From: an uncultured bacterium
GTDB lineage: Bacteria > Patescibacteriota > Microgenomatia > Levybacterales > UBA12049
Assembly (NCBI GenBank): GCA_963826535.1
Contig: CAWGXL010000010.1
Span: forward strand, 362,814-426,813
Direction: 5' to 3'
Length of the DNA stretch: 64,000 nucleotides
How positions within the stretch are numbered: the stretch's first letter is position 1; each line of letters starts with the position of its first letter. The position numbers were made by a program, and so were the translations under genes. The notes under the pieces are model-generated. The model saw nothing but the letters and a program-made list of their open reading frames with translations, did no database searches and had not been told where the DNA came from. Positions 20,516-29,721 of the stretch are shown here, piece after piece.

Positions 20516-22072
20516 ATGAGTAAAAGACTACTTCTTATTTTACTTATTATTATTATTTTTCTAGCAGCCTTTCTTCGCCTCTATAACATATCAGCTTATA
20601 TGCAATTTCTTGGTGATGAAGGAAGAGACGTGCTTGTGGCTAAAGACATCCTCAATGGTCAGTTTACCTTACTTGGTCCCAGGTCTTCGGCCGGAGACTT
20701 TTATATGGGGCCTTTATATTATTATCTCATTACACCTTTTCTGCTACTTTTCAATTATGACCCTGTTGGGCCTGCAATCATGGTAGCGCTTTTCGGAGTT
20801 GCAACGGTTTTTCTGATCTACAAAGTTGGTAGTAAATTTTTTAATAGGGAGGCAGGACTTTTTGCAGCTGCCTTATATTCGGTTTCTCCGTTAGTTCTTG
20901 CTTACTCACATTCCTCGTGGAATCCTGACATTCTACCCTTTTTCGCTTTGTTACTAATATATACAATTTATACAACCGTCAAGGATAAAAAAACCTGGAG
21001 ATATTTTCTTTTTATTGGTATTCTACTTGGTATATGTTTACAACTTCACTACCTGTCTCTCTTTTTAGTTATTATTACAGTCATTTATATCTTAATAACC
21101 CACCAATTAACACATAGAAAAATAATTTTCCTCCCATTATTAAAAAACTATATAGGGATATTTCTAGGAACTATTATCAGTCTTTCCCCTCTTATTCTTT
21201 TCGAATTACGACACAATTTCCTCAATTCAAGAGGGATTCTTAACTTTATCTTTGGTGAAACTGTAAGTTATACTGCGAACACTAATTTTTTTCTAACCGT
21301 AGCCGAAGTATTTTTCCGTATTTTCGCCCGACTTATATTCAATTTCCCACCACCTGATAAAGTCTTTCAATTCACCCAGATACATTTAACAATATGGGGT
21401 GGATTAGCACTGGTATTTGCCATAGCGTCTATATTAGTCCTATTTTTACAAAAAAATAAACTGGTATCCCTTCTATTTGGTTTGTGGCTTTTTATCAGCA
21501 TTCTGTTATTTGGATTTTACAAGAAGGAGATACATGATTACTTGTTTACATTTATTTTCCCATTGCCATTTCTACTTATAGGAAATCTTTTAAGTTATAT
21601 ATATCACTTTTCCAAACCAAAACATGCACTTTTCAAATTTATCAGTCTAATTCTTTTTACTGCTATTTTGATTGTTAACCTTCTCGACATACCTTTTCGT
21701 TATGAACCAAACAATCAAAGAGATCAAACTAAAAAAATTGCGCAATTTATAATCACTAAAGTTGAAAACAAACCACACAATTTTGCACTATTATCCGCAG
21801 GTAATTCCGACTATGCATACCGGTATTATCTGGATTTATTAGGACACCCGCCGGTTATACTGGAAAATCTAGAGAAGGATCCCCAGCGCGACACAGTTAC
21901 AGGTCAGCTCTTTATAGTCTGTGAATACCTCGAATGCAACCCCATTGGCCACCCCCTCCACGACATAGCCGCCTTCGGCCGCGCCGAAATCGCAGGAGAA
22001 TGGAATGTATCAGTAGTAAAAGTATATAAATTAATTCCCTACACTCCACCACCTGGACTTAACGAAAAATAA
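20516..22072 (+). CDS. GT-C glycosyltransferase of the ArnT/PMT family (GT83/GT39-like)
   Basis: Polytopic; DEGRD-like loop motif after TM1 (FLGDEGRDVLVA); 518 aa; directly follows the GT2 gene. Confidence 0.7.
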   Translation: MSKRLLLILLIIIIFLAAFLRLYNISAYMQFLGDEGRDVLVAKDILNGQFTLLGPRSSAGDFYMGPLYYYLITPFLLLFNYDPVGPAIMVALFGVATVFLIYKVGSKFFNREAGLFAAALYSVSPLVLAYSHSSWNPDILPFFALLLIYTIYTTVKDKKTWRYFLFIGILLGICLQLHYLSLFLVIITVIYILITHQLTHRKIIFLPLLKNYIGIFLGTIISLSPLILFELRHNFLNSRGILNFIFGETVSYTANTNFFLTVAEVFFRIFARLIFNFPPPDKVFQFTQIHLTIWGGLALVFAIASILVLFLQKNKLVSLLFGLWLFISILLFGFYKKEIHDYLFTFIFPLPFLLIGNLLSYIYHFSKPKHALFKFISLILFTAILIVNLLDIPFRYEPNNQRDQTKKIAQFIITKVENKPHNFALLSAGNSDYAYRYYLDLLGHPPVILENLEKDPQRDTVTGQLFIVCEYLECNPIGHPLHDIAAFGRAEIAGEWNVSVVKVYKLIPYTPPPGLNEK

Positions 22073-22082
22073 TAGGAGATTA

Positions 22083-22870
22083 TTACTTAATAGCTTTTAA
22101 AGAAAACAATAGGGGTACTTGGATCTTTTTGTTTTTCATGACATATTGTCCCTTTTCATTTTTCTCCATAAATCCGGGAAACTGATCATACATGGAGAAC
22201 GGAAATTCATGGAAAAATTCTATTTTTAAATTTTCACTTAGTAATGAATTTATGAGATCTCCAATAGTATAATTCCACAAATATGTATTACCTTTAATGT
22301 TGGCGTTCCAATCAGCATATGTACCGGTTGAATCATCAATGTCCGGCCCTTTTTTAAAATATTTATATTGAATTTTGAAATCGCTAGTCAGTATATTCGT
22401 GAATGGATGAAGTTCTACAATATAAAAAGTGCCACCGTCTTTGAGGTAATGATTTATTAATTTTGCCCATTTCTTAATATTTGAAATCCATATTAGAACA
22501 CCGTAAGACGCAAATATAATATCAAATTGCTTATTAAGTTTTTTTGGAAGCTCATTGATATCTGCACATATAAATTTAGCTGGTGCTTTTATTTCACGGC
22601 TTAATTTTTTAGCTAGCTTAATTGATCGTCAGAAATATCTACACCAGTAACTATAGCCCCTTCTCTCGCCCAAGATAAAGTGTCCATACCGAAATGACAC
22701 ATAAGATGCAAAAGAGATTTGCCATTCACACCAGCCAATTCCTCAACCTCTATAGACTGCAGACTGGATTGTCCATTTTTGAATCCGGTTAGATCATAGA
22801 GTTGAGAGTTTGCATGAATCGATGTAGCATCATTCCACCACTTTTTATTTACTTTCGCATAATCTTTCAT
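22083..22870 (-). pseudogene. Class I SAM-dependent methyltransferase interrupted by a single frameshift at an A6 run near 22618..22623
   Basis: N-terminal ORF 22613..22870 ends ...VDISDDQLS*. An adjacent frame continues IKLAKKLSREIKAPAKFICADI...FDIIFASYGVL... (MTase motifs II/III) through to 22083. Confidence 0.55.
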
Positions 22871-22913
22871 TACAAAAAAGTATAACAGAATATTTCTATC
22901 AGCGCGAGATTGT

Positions 22914-23495
22914 TTAATTTAAAGCTTTAGCGATTTGGTGAATTTTATTTAAATATCTTCTATCCCCAATACTGTGTTCTATTTGTTTAATTGAAATTAA
23001 ATATTTATCCGCCGATGTAATTTTATCAAACGTTGCGTTTACGCGTCTTATTAGAGATTTTGTTTCTTTTGCTCCATATAACATCAGAACCTGTTTTGAT
23101 TTTATTTGTTTAGCAAGAGTTGCAAATCCCAACTTTGAATAGTCTTTATATTTTCGCGATTTAACGATTCCATTTACTTTTGGCAAATCTTCCAGAAAAA
23201 AGGGGGCCAGCGAACAGAGTATCACCCCGGTCGCGTTGACTTTAGTAGAAGCAAGAAAAGCAATCATAGCTCCCAATGAAAACCCAAGTATATACTTCTT
23301 TCTCCTATTTATTTTTTTGTACTCTTTCAAAAAATATTCCGTATTTTCTGAAATAGTAGAATTTAACCACGGGATAGTAATCAAAATGGGATGATATCCT
23401 TCTCTTATGAAAATTTTAGCAATTTCTTTATAAGCTTTGAGCTTTGGCCCATGTTTATATCCGGGGATTATAAATACAGTCTTTTTCTGAAACAT
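22914..23495 (-). CDS. Alpha/beta-hydrolase (esterase-like)
   Basis: GFSLGAMIA nucleophile elbow (GxSxG), 193 aa. Confidence 0.6.
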   Translation of the reverse strand: MFQKKTVFIIPGYKHGPKLKAYKEIAKIFIREGYHPILITIPWLNSTISENTEYFLKEYKKINRRKKYILGFSLGAMIAFLASTKVNATGVILCSLAPFFLEDLPKVNGIVKSRKYKDYSKLGFATLAKQIKSKQVLMLYGAKETKSLIRRVNATFDKITSADKYLISIKQIEHSIGDRRYLNKIHQIAKALN

Positions 23496-23551
23496 CCCAG
23501 GATTATACCAAAACTGAGCCTATATTTTCAAATGAATAGATTTTTCTCTAT

Positions 23552-23578
23552 GTAACCTCGAATCTGCATCGAGGTTAC
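23552..23578. repeat. Perfect 10-bp inverted repeat GTAACCTCGA-n7-TCGAGGTTAC
   Basis: Seen directly; intergenic between two minus-strand genes; no U-tract. Confidence 0.6.
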
Positions 23579-23638
23579 AATCCATCTAATCGAACATAGG
23601 CTCAATTCAAAATTATTAGATTCATTCTACTGAATGAT

Positions 23639-23890
23639 TTACATGCCTTCTTTTACCTCTGTTATGTCATCTGCCAAAAGACCATGGGCTTTTTTGTGAA
23701 CCTCAACTCCTGCCTCTTTATTTGGAGCTTCAAAAAGGCAAAAAACCGCACCGCTACCTTCATTATACCAATACTTTAAATATTTAACCCCATGCTCACC
23801 TTGAACCGCAAGATCTTTTTTATGTGCCTCTGCAACTGCCTGTGCAGTTAACCCATCAACCTTTTTATGGACATCCATAAATAGTGCCAT
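23639..23890 (-). CDS. DUF4242 family small protein
   Basis: MALFMDVH...GLTAQAVAEAHKKDL...GVKYLKYWY...FCLFEAP matches the DUF4242 pattern; strong SD AAGGAGGTG upstream. Confidence 0.6.
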   Translation of the reverse strand: MALFMDVHKKVDGLTAQAVAEAHKKDLAVQGEHGVKYLKYWYNEGSGAVFCLFEAPNKEAGVEVHKKAHGLLADDITEVKEGM

Positions 23891-24273
23891 TTAATCCCAC
23901 CTCCTTAATTTTTCTCACCCAATATTTTTACCACAACTTTGTAAAAAATAAAGTAAAATTATTGTAATAATGAGTAACTATAATTACACACTATTTATCA
24001 CCGGGGAAGTGGTATATTTGTTTTATCTAAGGTTACTATAGGAGTTGGATTTAGATTCTATTAAACCACAATAGGAGCAGACTATTTTTAATCTTATTTC
24101 GATAAATTTAACTTATTCCTTACTTTATTCCCTCCAAGGCGTAAACCCCGGGGTTAAACAGATTCGATCACTGGAGTAAAAACTTCACGCTCATAAATGC
24201 AATACAAATATTTGGAATACTTATATGGAAAAGTTTTACATTCCCACATACAGGGAGTGTTGGCTTATTTTAA

Positions 24274-24693
24274 TTATTTTGTTCGTTCAACGTATTTCTT
24301 GAAGTTATCTGAAATTCCTTGCCAACCGCTTCTTTGCATCTCCTCCGGATTCTCATTTTCCGGATCAAATGTTACTGCAACCTTCACGCCCTCCGGCAAT
24401 TCTTTAAATTCCACCTTCACATGTCTATCATCATCAAAGTCGTATTCAATAAGCTCATGTTCCTTTAACCCGGTATATAGACCCGTAAAGTCAAATCCTT
24501 CACTCTTGTCTTTGGCCGCCATTGTAGTTTTGAATTTTCCACCAACACGCAGATCATTTTCCGCACTGGGTGCTTCCCAATCGTCTGATGCAAAAGCCCA
24601 ATGCACAATGTGTTCAGGTTTATTCCAAAATTCCCAAACCTTTGACATGGGAGCCTTCACGATAGTTTCCACTGTAATAGTTTTTTTATCCAT
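24274..24693 (-). CDS. SRPBCC/AHSA1-domain protein
   Basis: AHSA1-like motifs (VWEFW...HIVHW, GGKF..T). Start placed at MDKKTIT because a TTGACA/-10 promoter lies inside the longer ORF. Confidence 0.6.
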   Translation of the reverse strand: MDKKTITVETIVKAPMSKVWEFWNKPEHIVHWAFASDDWEAPSAENDLRVGGKFKTTMAAKDKSEGFDFTGLYTGLKEHELIEYDFDDDRHVKVEFKELPEGVKVAVTFDPENENPEEMQRSGWQGISDNFKKYVERTK

Positions 24694-24809
24694 ATTACTT
24701 ATTATTTTATCATAATTTGTCAATGAAGAAAATTTAAGTATACTTTTTAGCATTTTCTCATTGACAAGATATAATTTTCCAACTATACTTAACCCAGAAG
24801 TTAACTATT

Positions 24810-25175
24810 ATGACCGCCCCACATATCCCTATCGAACTTGATAAAATTTTCGAAGCATTCGCCAATGAGCACCGCCGAGACATCGTCTACGTTCTAGCCT
24901 TTCAGCCTCATTCTATCAAGCAATTGGCCATATTGCGGGGTCTTACACTTCCTGCTATTCACAAACACATAAAAATACTTGAGGATGCAAACATGATACT
25001 TCGTAAAAAAATTGGTCAAACAAATTTTCTCACACTTAATAGAAAATCTTTACGCGGTCTACAAGATTGGCTTTTTCAATTTCACGCGTACTGGGGCAGT
25101 AATGATGCGACATTAGAAAACTATGCAAAATATTTGGAAGATAAAAAACAGAAGAAAGGAGGTGTAAAAAAATGA
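24810..25175 (+). CDS. ArsR/SmtB-family HTH transcriptional regulator
   Basis: FEAFANEHRRDIVYVL...SIKQLAILRGLTLPAIHKHIKILEDANMI winged-helix; divergent from the SRPBCC gene with a TTGACA-17-TATACT promoter. Confidence 0.7.
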   Translation: MTAPHIPIELDKIFEAFANEHRRDIVYVLAFQPHSIKQLAILRGLTLPAIHKHIKILEDANMILRKKIGQTNFLTLNRKSLRGLQDWLFQFHAYWGSNDATLENYAKYLEDKKQKKGGVKK

Positions 25176-25501
25176 AAAAATTTATACTTGTTTACTATGG
25201 TAAAGTTAGACCCGAGGATATAAGTAAAGAAGAAATGAAAAGCACAATGGACAAATGGATGGCGTGGTTTGGCACATTTAAAGACCAGATGGTCGACGGT
25301 GGCAATCCCTTTGCTGCCGGTGCAAAATCTGTAACAGTAAAAGGCATTGAAACAATTCCCGCCGATAAGCGGCCTGCTAAAGGCTACACAATCATTAATG
25401 CAAATGACATGAATGAAGCAACAAAAATTGCTAAAGGATGTCCTGCGCTTCAAGATGATAGTGAAGGAGCTGTACGTGTCTACGAAACGCTACCAATGTA
25501 A
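25172..25501 (+). CDS. YciI-like / dimeric alpha-beta barrel small protein
   Basis: 109 aa; pattern resembles YCII-related domain; ATGA overlap with arsR. Confidence 0.4.
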   Translation: MKKFILVYYGKVRPEDISKEEMKSTMDKWMAWFGTFKDQMVDGGNPFAAGAKSVTVKGIETIPADKRPAKGYTIINANDMNEATKIAKGCPALQDDSEGAVRVYETLPM

Positions 25502-25514
25502 GTTTTATTTTATG

Positions 25515-25551
25515 AAAAGAGGTATCTCCCATTCGGGGATACCTCTTTTTT
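25515..25551 (+). terminator. Rho-independent terminator
   Basis: GAGGTATCTCCC-attc-GGGGATACCTC hairpin followed by TTTTTT. Confidence 0.8.
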
Positions 25552-25629
25552 GTGGGAGAAAAATCCGAATCTAAGCTATAATGATCAAACTTGATGCCCC
25601 TTCTCATTTCTGTCTATCTAGGAGTTCCA

Positions 25630-25914
25630 CTACGACCCGCTGAAAGGTGTTCCGACGATGCCAACAGCAAGTTCTATCCAAATTAGAAGAAGTGCTGCCA
25701 AGAGTGCAACTATGGCGGCTACTCTGTGGTTGATATTTTTTATCTTTCTTGACGCTAATACAAGTAAAAGCCCTGTGCCGACCAGGAGCGTTCCCATGAT
25801 TATGAAATCGGATAGATTCCATTTCACTTCGCCTGTAAACTGCATAGCCACCAATGGCACCATTAAAATAGAAGCAGTCACGACAAAAACGCTTGCTATA
25901 TCTTTGTTTTGCAT
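25630..25914 (-). CDS. Small membrane protein (3 TM), unknown
   Basis: Hydrophobic helices; opposite-strand ORF is a shadow. Confidence 0.4.
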   Translation of the reverse strand: MQNKDIASVFVVTASILMVPLVAMQFTGEVKWNLSDFIIMGTLLVGTGLLLVLASRKIKNINHRVAAIVALLAALLLIWIELAVGIVGTPFSGS

Positions 25915-26011
25915 ATAGATATTAGTATTTTTTGTTTTTATAGAGTCTCACCCTTTCTGTTTACTATGATACAAAAAAAGAAAGGGGGTGCAATGATTGA
26001 TAGACTTTAAG

Positions 26012-26082
26012 CTGCCGGACTTGGATTCGAACCAAGATAAGCGGATTCAGAGTCCGCTATCCTACCATTAGATGATCCGGCA
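26012..26082 (-). tRNA. tRNA-Gln (anticodon CUG)
   Basis: Reverse complement folds as a cloverleaf. Acceptor UGCCGGA/UCCGGCA. Anticodon stem GCGGA/UCCGC with loop CUCUGAA. T-arm CUUGG-UUCGAAU-CCAAG. Discriminator G; CCA not encoded. Confidence 0.85.
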
Positions 26083-26140
26083 ATTTTATGTTATTCTTCT
26101 TTGTAGGCAGGTCAATTGTACTAAAATATCCTTGAAAATG

Positions 26141-26509
26141 CTATTTGAAAAGTTCCAGAATATGAGGGATAAAAACCAATAAGCCGATGATTACGGCTCC
26201 AATAGCTGTAATAAGTACCATTCCGGATGATACATCCTTGGCTATTTTAGCTTCCAAACGATGCTCTTTTGTAATTAGATCTACCATTTTCTCCAAAGCA
26301 GTATTAATCATTTCTGTAGCAATAACAAGCAGAATCGTAAGCCCCAACAGACCCATTTCATAGGGGGTAACTGTAAGGACTATACTCGCAGCAATAACAA
26401 TCACCGCGATCAATAAATGTATAGTTAAGTTCTGATCACTACTAAATGCATGTTTAATGCCGTAAAATGCATATGTAAATGACTTTAAAAACTTTTTGCC
26501 GTTTATCAT
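26141..26509 (-). CDS. dgkA: Diacylglycerol kinase / undecaprenol kinase family (DgkA)
   Basis: FTYAFYGIKHAF...three TM; start moved to the internal Met to avoid a 55-nt overlap. Confidence 0.7.
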   Translation of the reverse strand: MINGKKFLKSFTYAFYGIKHAFSSDQNLTIHLLIAVIVIAASIVLTVTPYEMGLLGLTILLVIATEMINTALEKMVDLITKEHRLEAKIAKDVSSGMVLITAIGAVIIGLLVFIPHILELFK

Positions 26510-27090
26510 GGGATTATAAAAGATTTTGTTGAAAAGTAAGTGATCAATGATAACAAACAACCAACTATTCCTCCTACAACTACTTCAGGTACCGTATGTC
26601 TTTTTATTTTTACACGCGACCAGCAAATTATAGGAATTAGTAAAAGTAACAAAAGAAAATACCCTTTATAAACAAGACTCAAAGATGTTAAAAGAGTTGA
26701 AATTGTAGCTACATGTACACTAACTTTTATCTTAGTATTTATTAAAAAACCCACTACTATACCAAGCATTATCCCAATAATAGTTATAAACAATATAGGC
26801 GGACCCTGCAAAATAAATAAGCCTGCAATATACAATATTGCTAGAATAGCACAAATAAAGTATATTAGTGGCCTTTGTTTTCTGTTTGATACATCAAGGT
26901 CACTTAAAAACTTTTTCTTTACTCCCGCTAAAATCAGCATTACAAAAATAATTATAAAACCTAATGTGTATATTGTCCAAGTCCATGCAGCCTGAGTGTC
27001 TCGTGTTGTTTTTAAGACCAGAAAATAAGGAAGTATCATGAATATAAATATTGGATTTGCTATAAATGAAATAAATCGCGCAAGTGTCAT
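26506..27090 (-). CDS. PAP2-superfamily membrane phosphatase (PgpB/UppP-like)
   Basis: Six TM; degenerate PAP2 motifs (KQRP; SVHVAT; SRVKIKRH-x3-E). Confidence 0.45.
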   Translation of the reverse strand: MTLARFISFIANPIFIFMILPYFLVLKTTRDTQAAWTWTIYTLGFIIIFVMLILAGVKKKFLSDLDVSNRKQRPLIYFICAILAILYIAGLFILQGPPILFITIIGIMLGIVVGFLINTKIKVSVHVATISTLLTSLSLVYKGYFLLLLLLIPIICWSRVKIKRHTVPEVVVGGIVGCLLSLITYFSTKSFIIP

Positions 27091-28490
27091 ATAGTTGATA
27101 AGATTTTTTCCAGCCGTTTTTGCACTTCTTTTTTCCCAAGAATTTCTAAAGATTCGGGTAAGGGTAGTCCTTTTTCCCTACCTGTTAATATACAATATAC
27201 CACCGGCATTTTTATTTCATGTGAATTTAAAATTGATTTAAAGATGCCAAAAATAATATCTTTACTCCAGGTGTGCGTCTCATTAAATAACATATATAAA
27301 TCTTTTACTAATAACTTTTCCTTATCATTTCTAATTTTCACATCCGGAGGAGCAAAAAAATAGTCGCTCAATTTTTCAAAATCCTTTAATGTCGTCATTC
27401 TAGTTTTAACTAGAGGGATTAATTTGTCAATAACCTCCATAGCCAATCCTCCTGCCTTTGGACAAAAATCTATAACCAATTTTTTTAACTGAGAATCTGA
27501 TTTCTTCTGTATATATTGTTGATTCATCCAATTAAGTTTATTTAAGTCAAAAATAGGCGCAACCGGACGAATATCGTTTAGATCGAATAATTCTACAAAC
27601 TCTCCAAAGGAAAAAATCTCTTTTTCCTCCGGATGACTCCAGCCCAATAATGCGAGAAAATTAAGTAATGCTTCCGGTAAGTAGCCTTCCTCTTTAAACC
27701 ACAATACATTTGTATGCCCCTGCCTTTTAGACAACTTTGATTTATCCGGATTACGCAGTGTTGCAGTGTGATAAATTGGCGGCATCACCCACCCAAAATA
27801 TTTATAAAGTAAAACATGCTTTGGAGTTGACGACAACCATTCTTCAGCTCTCACAATATGACTTATTTGCATTAAATGATCATCAACTACAACTGCAAGA
27901 TGATATGTCGGGAATCCATCAGATTTTATCAATACCTGGTCTGTTATCTCACTTGTATCAAATGTTATTTTTCCCCTAATTTGATCTTTAAATATAACCT
28001 TTTCATTTTTTGGTACACGCATTCTAATGATCCAGTTTTCCCGTTTAATCATTTCGTTAATTGACGAAGGAGGAGCTTCAGCAGTTTTATGCAAAGTTAC
28101 TTTTCCATTTTGCGTATAAGATTTTTTTTGACCGGCATCTTGTTTTGGGAAAAAGCTGAAGTAAGCTTTTTCATTTTTTACTAGCTCCTCCGCATATTTA
28201 TGGTAAATCTCTAGGCGCTCCGATTGTCTATATGGACCAAATTCTCCGTTCTTGCGTGGACTCTCAACCTCTGTAAGTCCTGTCCAATCAAGCGACTGGT
28301 AAATCACATCCTCTGATCCTTCAACAAATCTATTTCTATCCGTATCTTCAATTCGCACTATGAAATGCCCACTATTCTTTTTCGCATATGCCAGATTAAA
28401 TAGGGCTTGGTAAATTGTTCCGATATGGGGAAAACCTGTTGGGCTTGGGGCGATTCTGGTTCGCACTTTTTGTGCTATCTGCTCAGTCAT
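27087..28490 (-). CDS. gltX: Glutamate--tRNA ligase
   Basis: HIGH motif PTGFPHIGT, KMSKS motif KLSKRQG, 467 aa. Confidence 0.9.
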   Translation of the reverse strand: MTEQIAQKVRTRIAPSPTGFPHIGTIYQALFNLAYAKKNSGHFIVRIEDTDRNRFVEGSEDVIYQSLDWTGLTEVESPRKNGEFGPYRQSERLEIYHKYAEELVKNEKAYFSFFPKQDAGQKKSYTQNGKVTLHKTAEAPPSSINEMIKRENWIIRMRVPKNEKVIFKDQIRGKITFDTSEITDQVLIKSDGFPTYHLAVVVDDHLMQISHIVRAEEWLSSTPKHVLLYKYFGWVMPPIYHTATLRNPDKSKLSKRQGHTNVLWFKEEGYLPEALLNFLALLGWSHPEEKEIFSFGEFVELFDLNDIRPVAPIFDLNKLNWMNQQYIQKKSDSQLKKLVIDFCPKAGGLAMEVIDKLIPLVKTRMTTLKDFEKLSDYFFAPPDVKIRNDKEKLLVKDLYMLFNETHTWSKDIIFGIFKSILNSHEIKMPVVYCILTGREKGLPLPESLEILGKKEVQKRLEKILSTI

Positions 28491-28551
28491 AATTAAACCT
28501 GGTCTTGTGCCTCTCTTGCATTGTACTTCATATTTTCTTTATACTCAAGAT

Positions 28552-29721
28552 ATGAGTCTGCATGAGACAACAGAGTTGGTTAAGAAAACAGGAATAGGCA
28601 GCGCAATAGGAATCGCAGGTATTGTTTTCATTGTCATTTTAATTCGCGTTGGAATAATGGTAAAAAATTATTATTTTCCACCAAAAGTAGATCCTCCTAC
28701 ACAAGTCTATGGTCTGCTTCCTTCATTACAATTTCCGCAAAACGTAGTGGATTCCAATTTTACCTATACCCTTCAGACGACAACAGGAGAATTGCCTACC
28801 GATTTGCCTGACCGATTAAGCATTTTCCCGGTAATTCATAACGCACCAAATTTCCTTAATTTGGATAAAGTAAAAGCAAAAGTAAATGCACTTGATTTTA
28901 CCTCACCGGATGGACAAACTGCCGTGCCGGAAATTCAACTAACTAATCCTTATTATGAATGGGATGAGTTAAAAGGTTATAATAGGAAGATAATTTTCAA
29001 TATTAATTCATATGATTTTAAAATGACAAGCGATTATTTGTCATCTTTAAAAGTAATTTCAGCCAATTATATATCTAATGAGTTAAGCGCTATAGAAACA
29101 GCTCAGGAATTTTTAGCCACGGCTGGATTAACGCCAAAAGATATTGATCTAAAAAAAACAAATTCTATAAATAATTCTGCTAGTTTTGTGACTTTCCCAC
29201 AATTATTTTCAGTACAATCCGGAATACAAGGCAATACTCTTGTAAAAACTACCAGCCTATCAAAAGCACATGTTATCCGTGTCGATTTTTACCAAAAGGA
29301 TGTAGAGTATGAAATGAACACAGGAGAAGCAGCAGAATTTAAGCCAAAAATTAATCTAAAGTTACCCATCCTCTATCCCAACCCCCCTAACTCTACCATG
29401 AATCTTTGGGTAGCTTCCGGTCCTTCAAAAGCAATCGTAACACAAGCATTCTTTACTCATCAAAGTGTTAAGCTTGATGACGTTACCGCTACTTATCGAA
29501 TAAAAACCCCAAGCGTTGCTTTTTCTGAAGTTAAAGACGGATCATCTTACATAGCGGCTTATTCCGGAACCGATAATAATATACTTATTAAAAACGTATT
29601 TTTAGCATATTATCTTGGCGAAGATCCTCAGGACTATTTAATGCCGGTTTATGTTTTTGAGGGAAATAATGGATTTTTTGCATATGTATCCGCAGTAGCA
29701 GATAACCAAATTCAGAAATAA
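28552..29721 (+). CDS. Membrane-anchored extracytoplasmic protein, unknown function
   Basis: Single N-terminal TM, about 350-aa extracellular region; TTGCAT-17-TATACT promoter immediately upstream of the ATG at 28552 (possibly leaderless). Confidence 0.4.
   Translation: MSLHETTELVKKTGIGSAIGIAGIVFIVILIRVGIMVKNYYFPPKVDPPTQVYGLLPSLQFPQNVVDSNFTYTLQTTTGELPTDLPDRLSIFPVIHNAPNFLNLDKVKAKVNALDFTSPDGQTAVPEIQLTNPYYEWDELKGYNRKIIFNINSYDFKMTSDYLSSLKVISANYISNELSAIETAQEFLATAGLTPKDIDLKKTNSINNSASFVTFPQLFSVQSGIQGNTLVKTTSLSKAHVIRVDFYQKDVEYEMNTGEAAEFKPKINLKLPILYPNPPNSTMNLWVASGPSKAIVTQAFFTHQSVKLDDVTATYRIKTPSVAFSEVKDGSSYIAAYSGTDNNILIKNVFLAYYLGEDPQDYLMPVYVFEGNNGFFAYVSAVADNQIQK

Noticed and set aside
24197-24715. 172-aa plus-strand ORF
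   Set aside because: Antisense shadow of the SRPBCC gene (24274..24693, minus), which has clear domain motifs and its own promoter.
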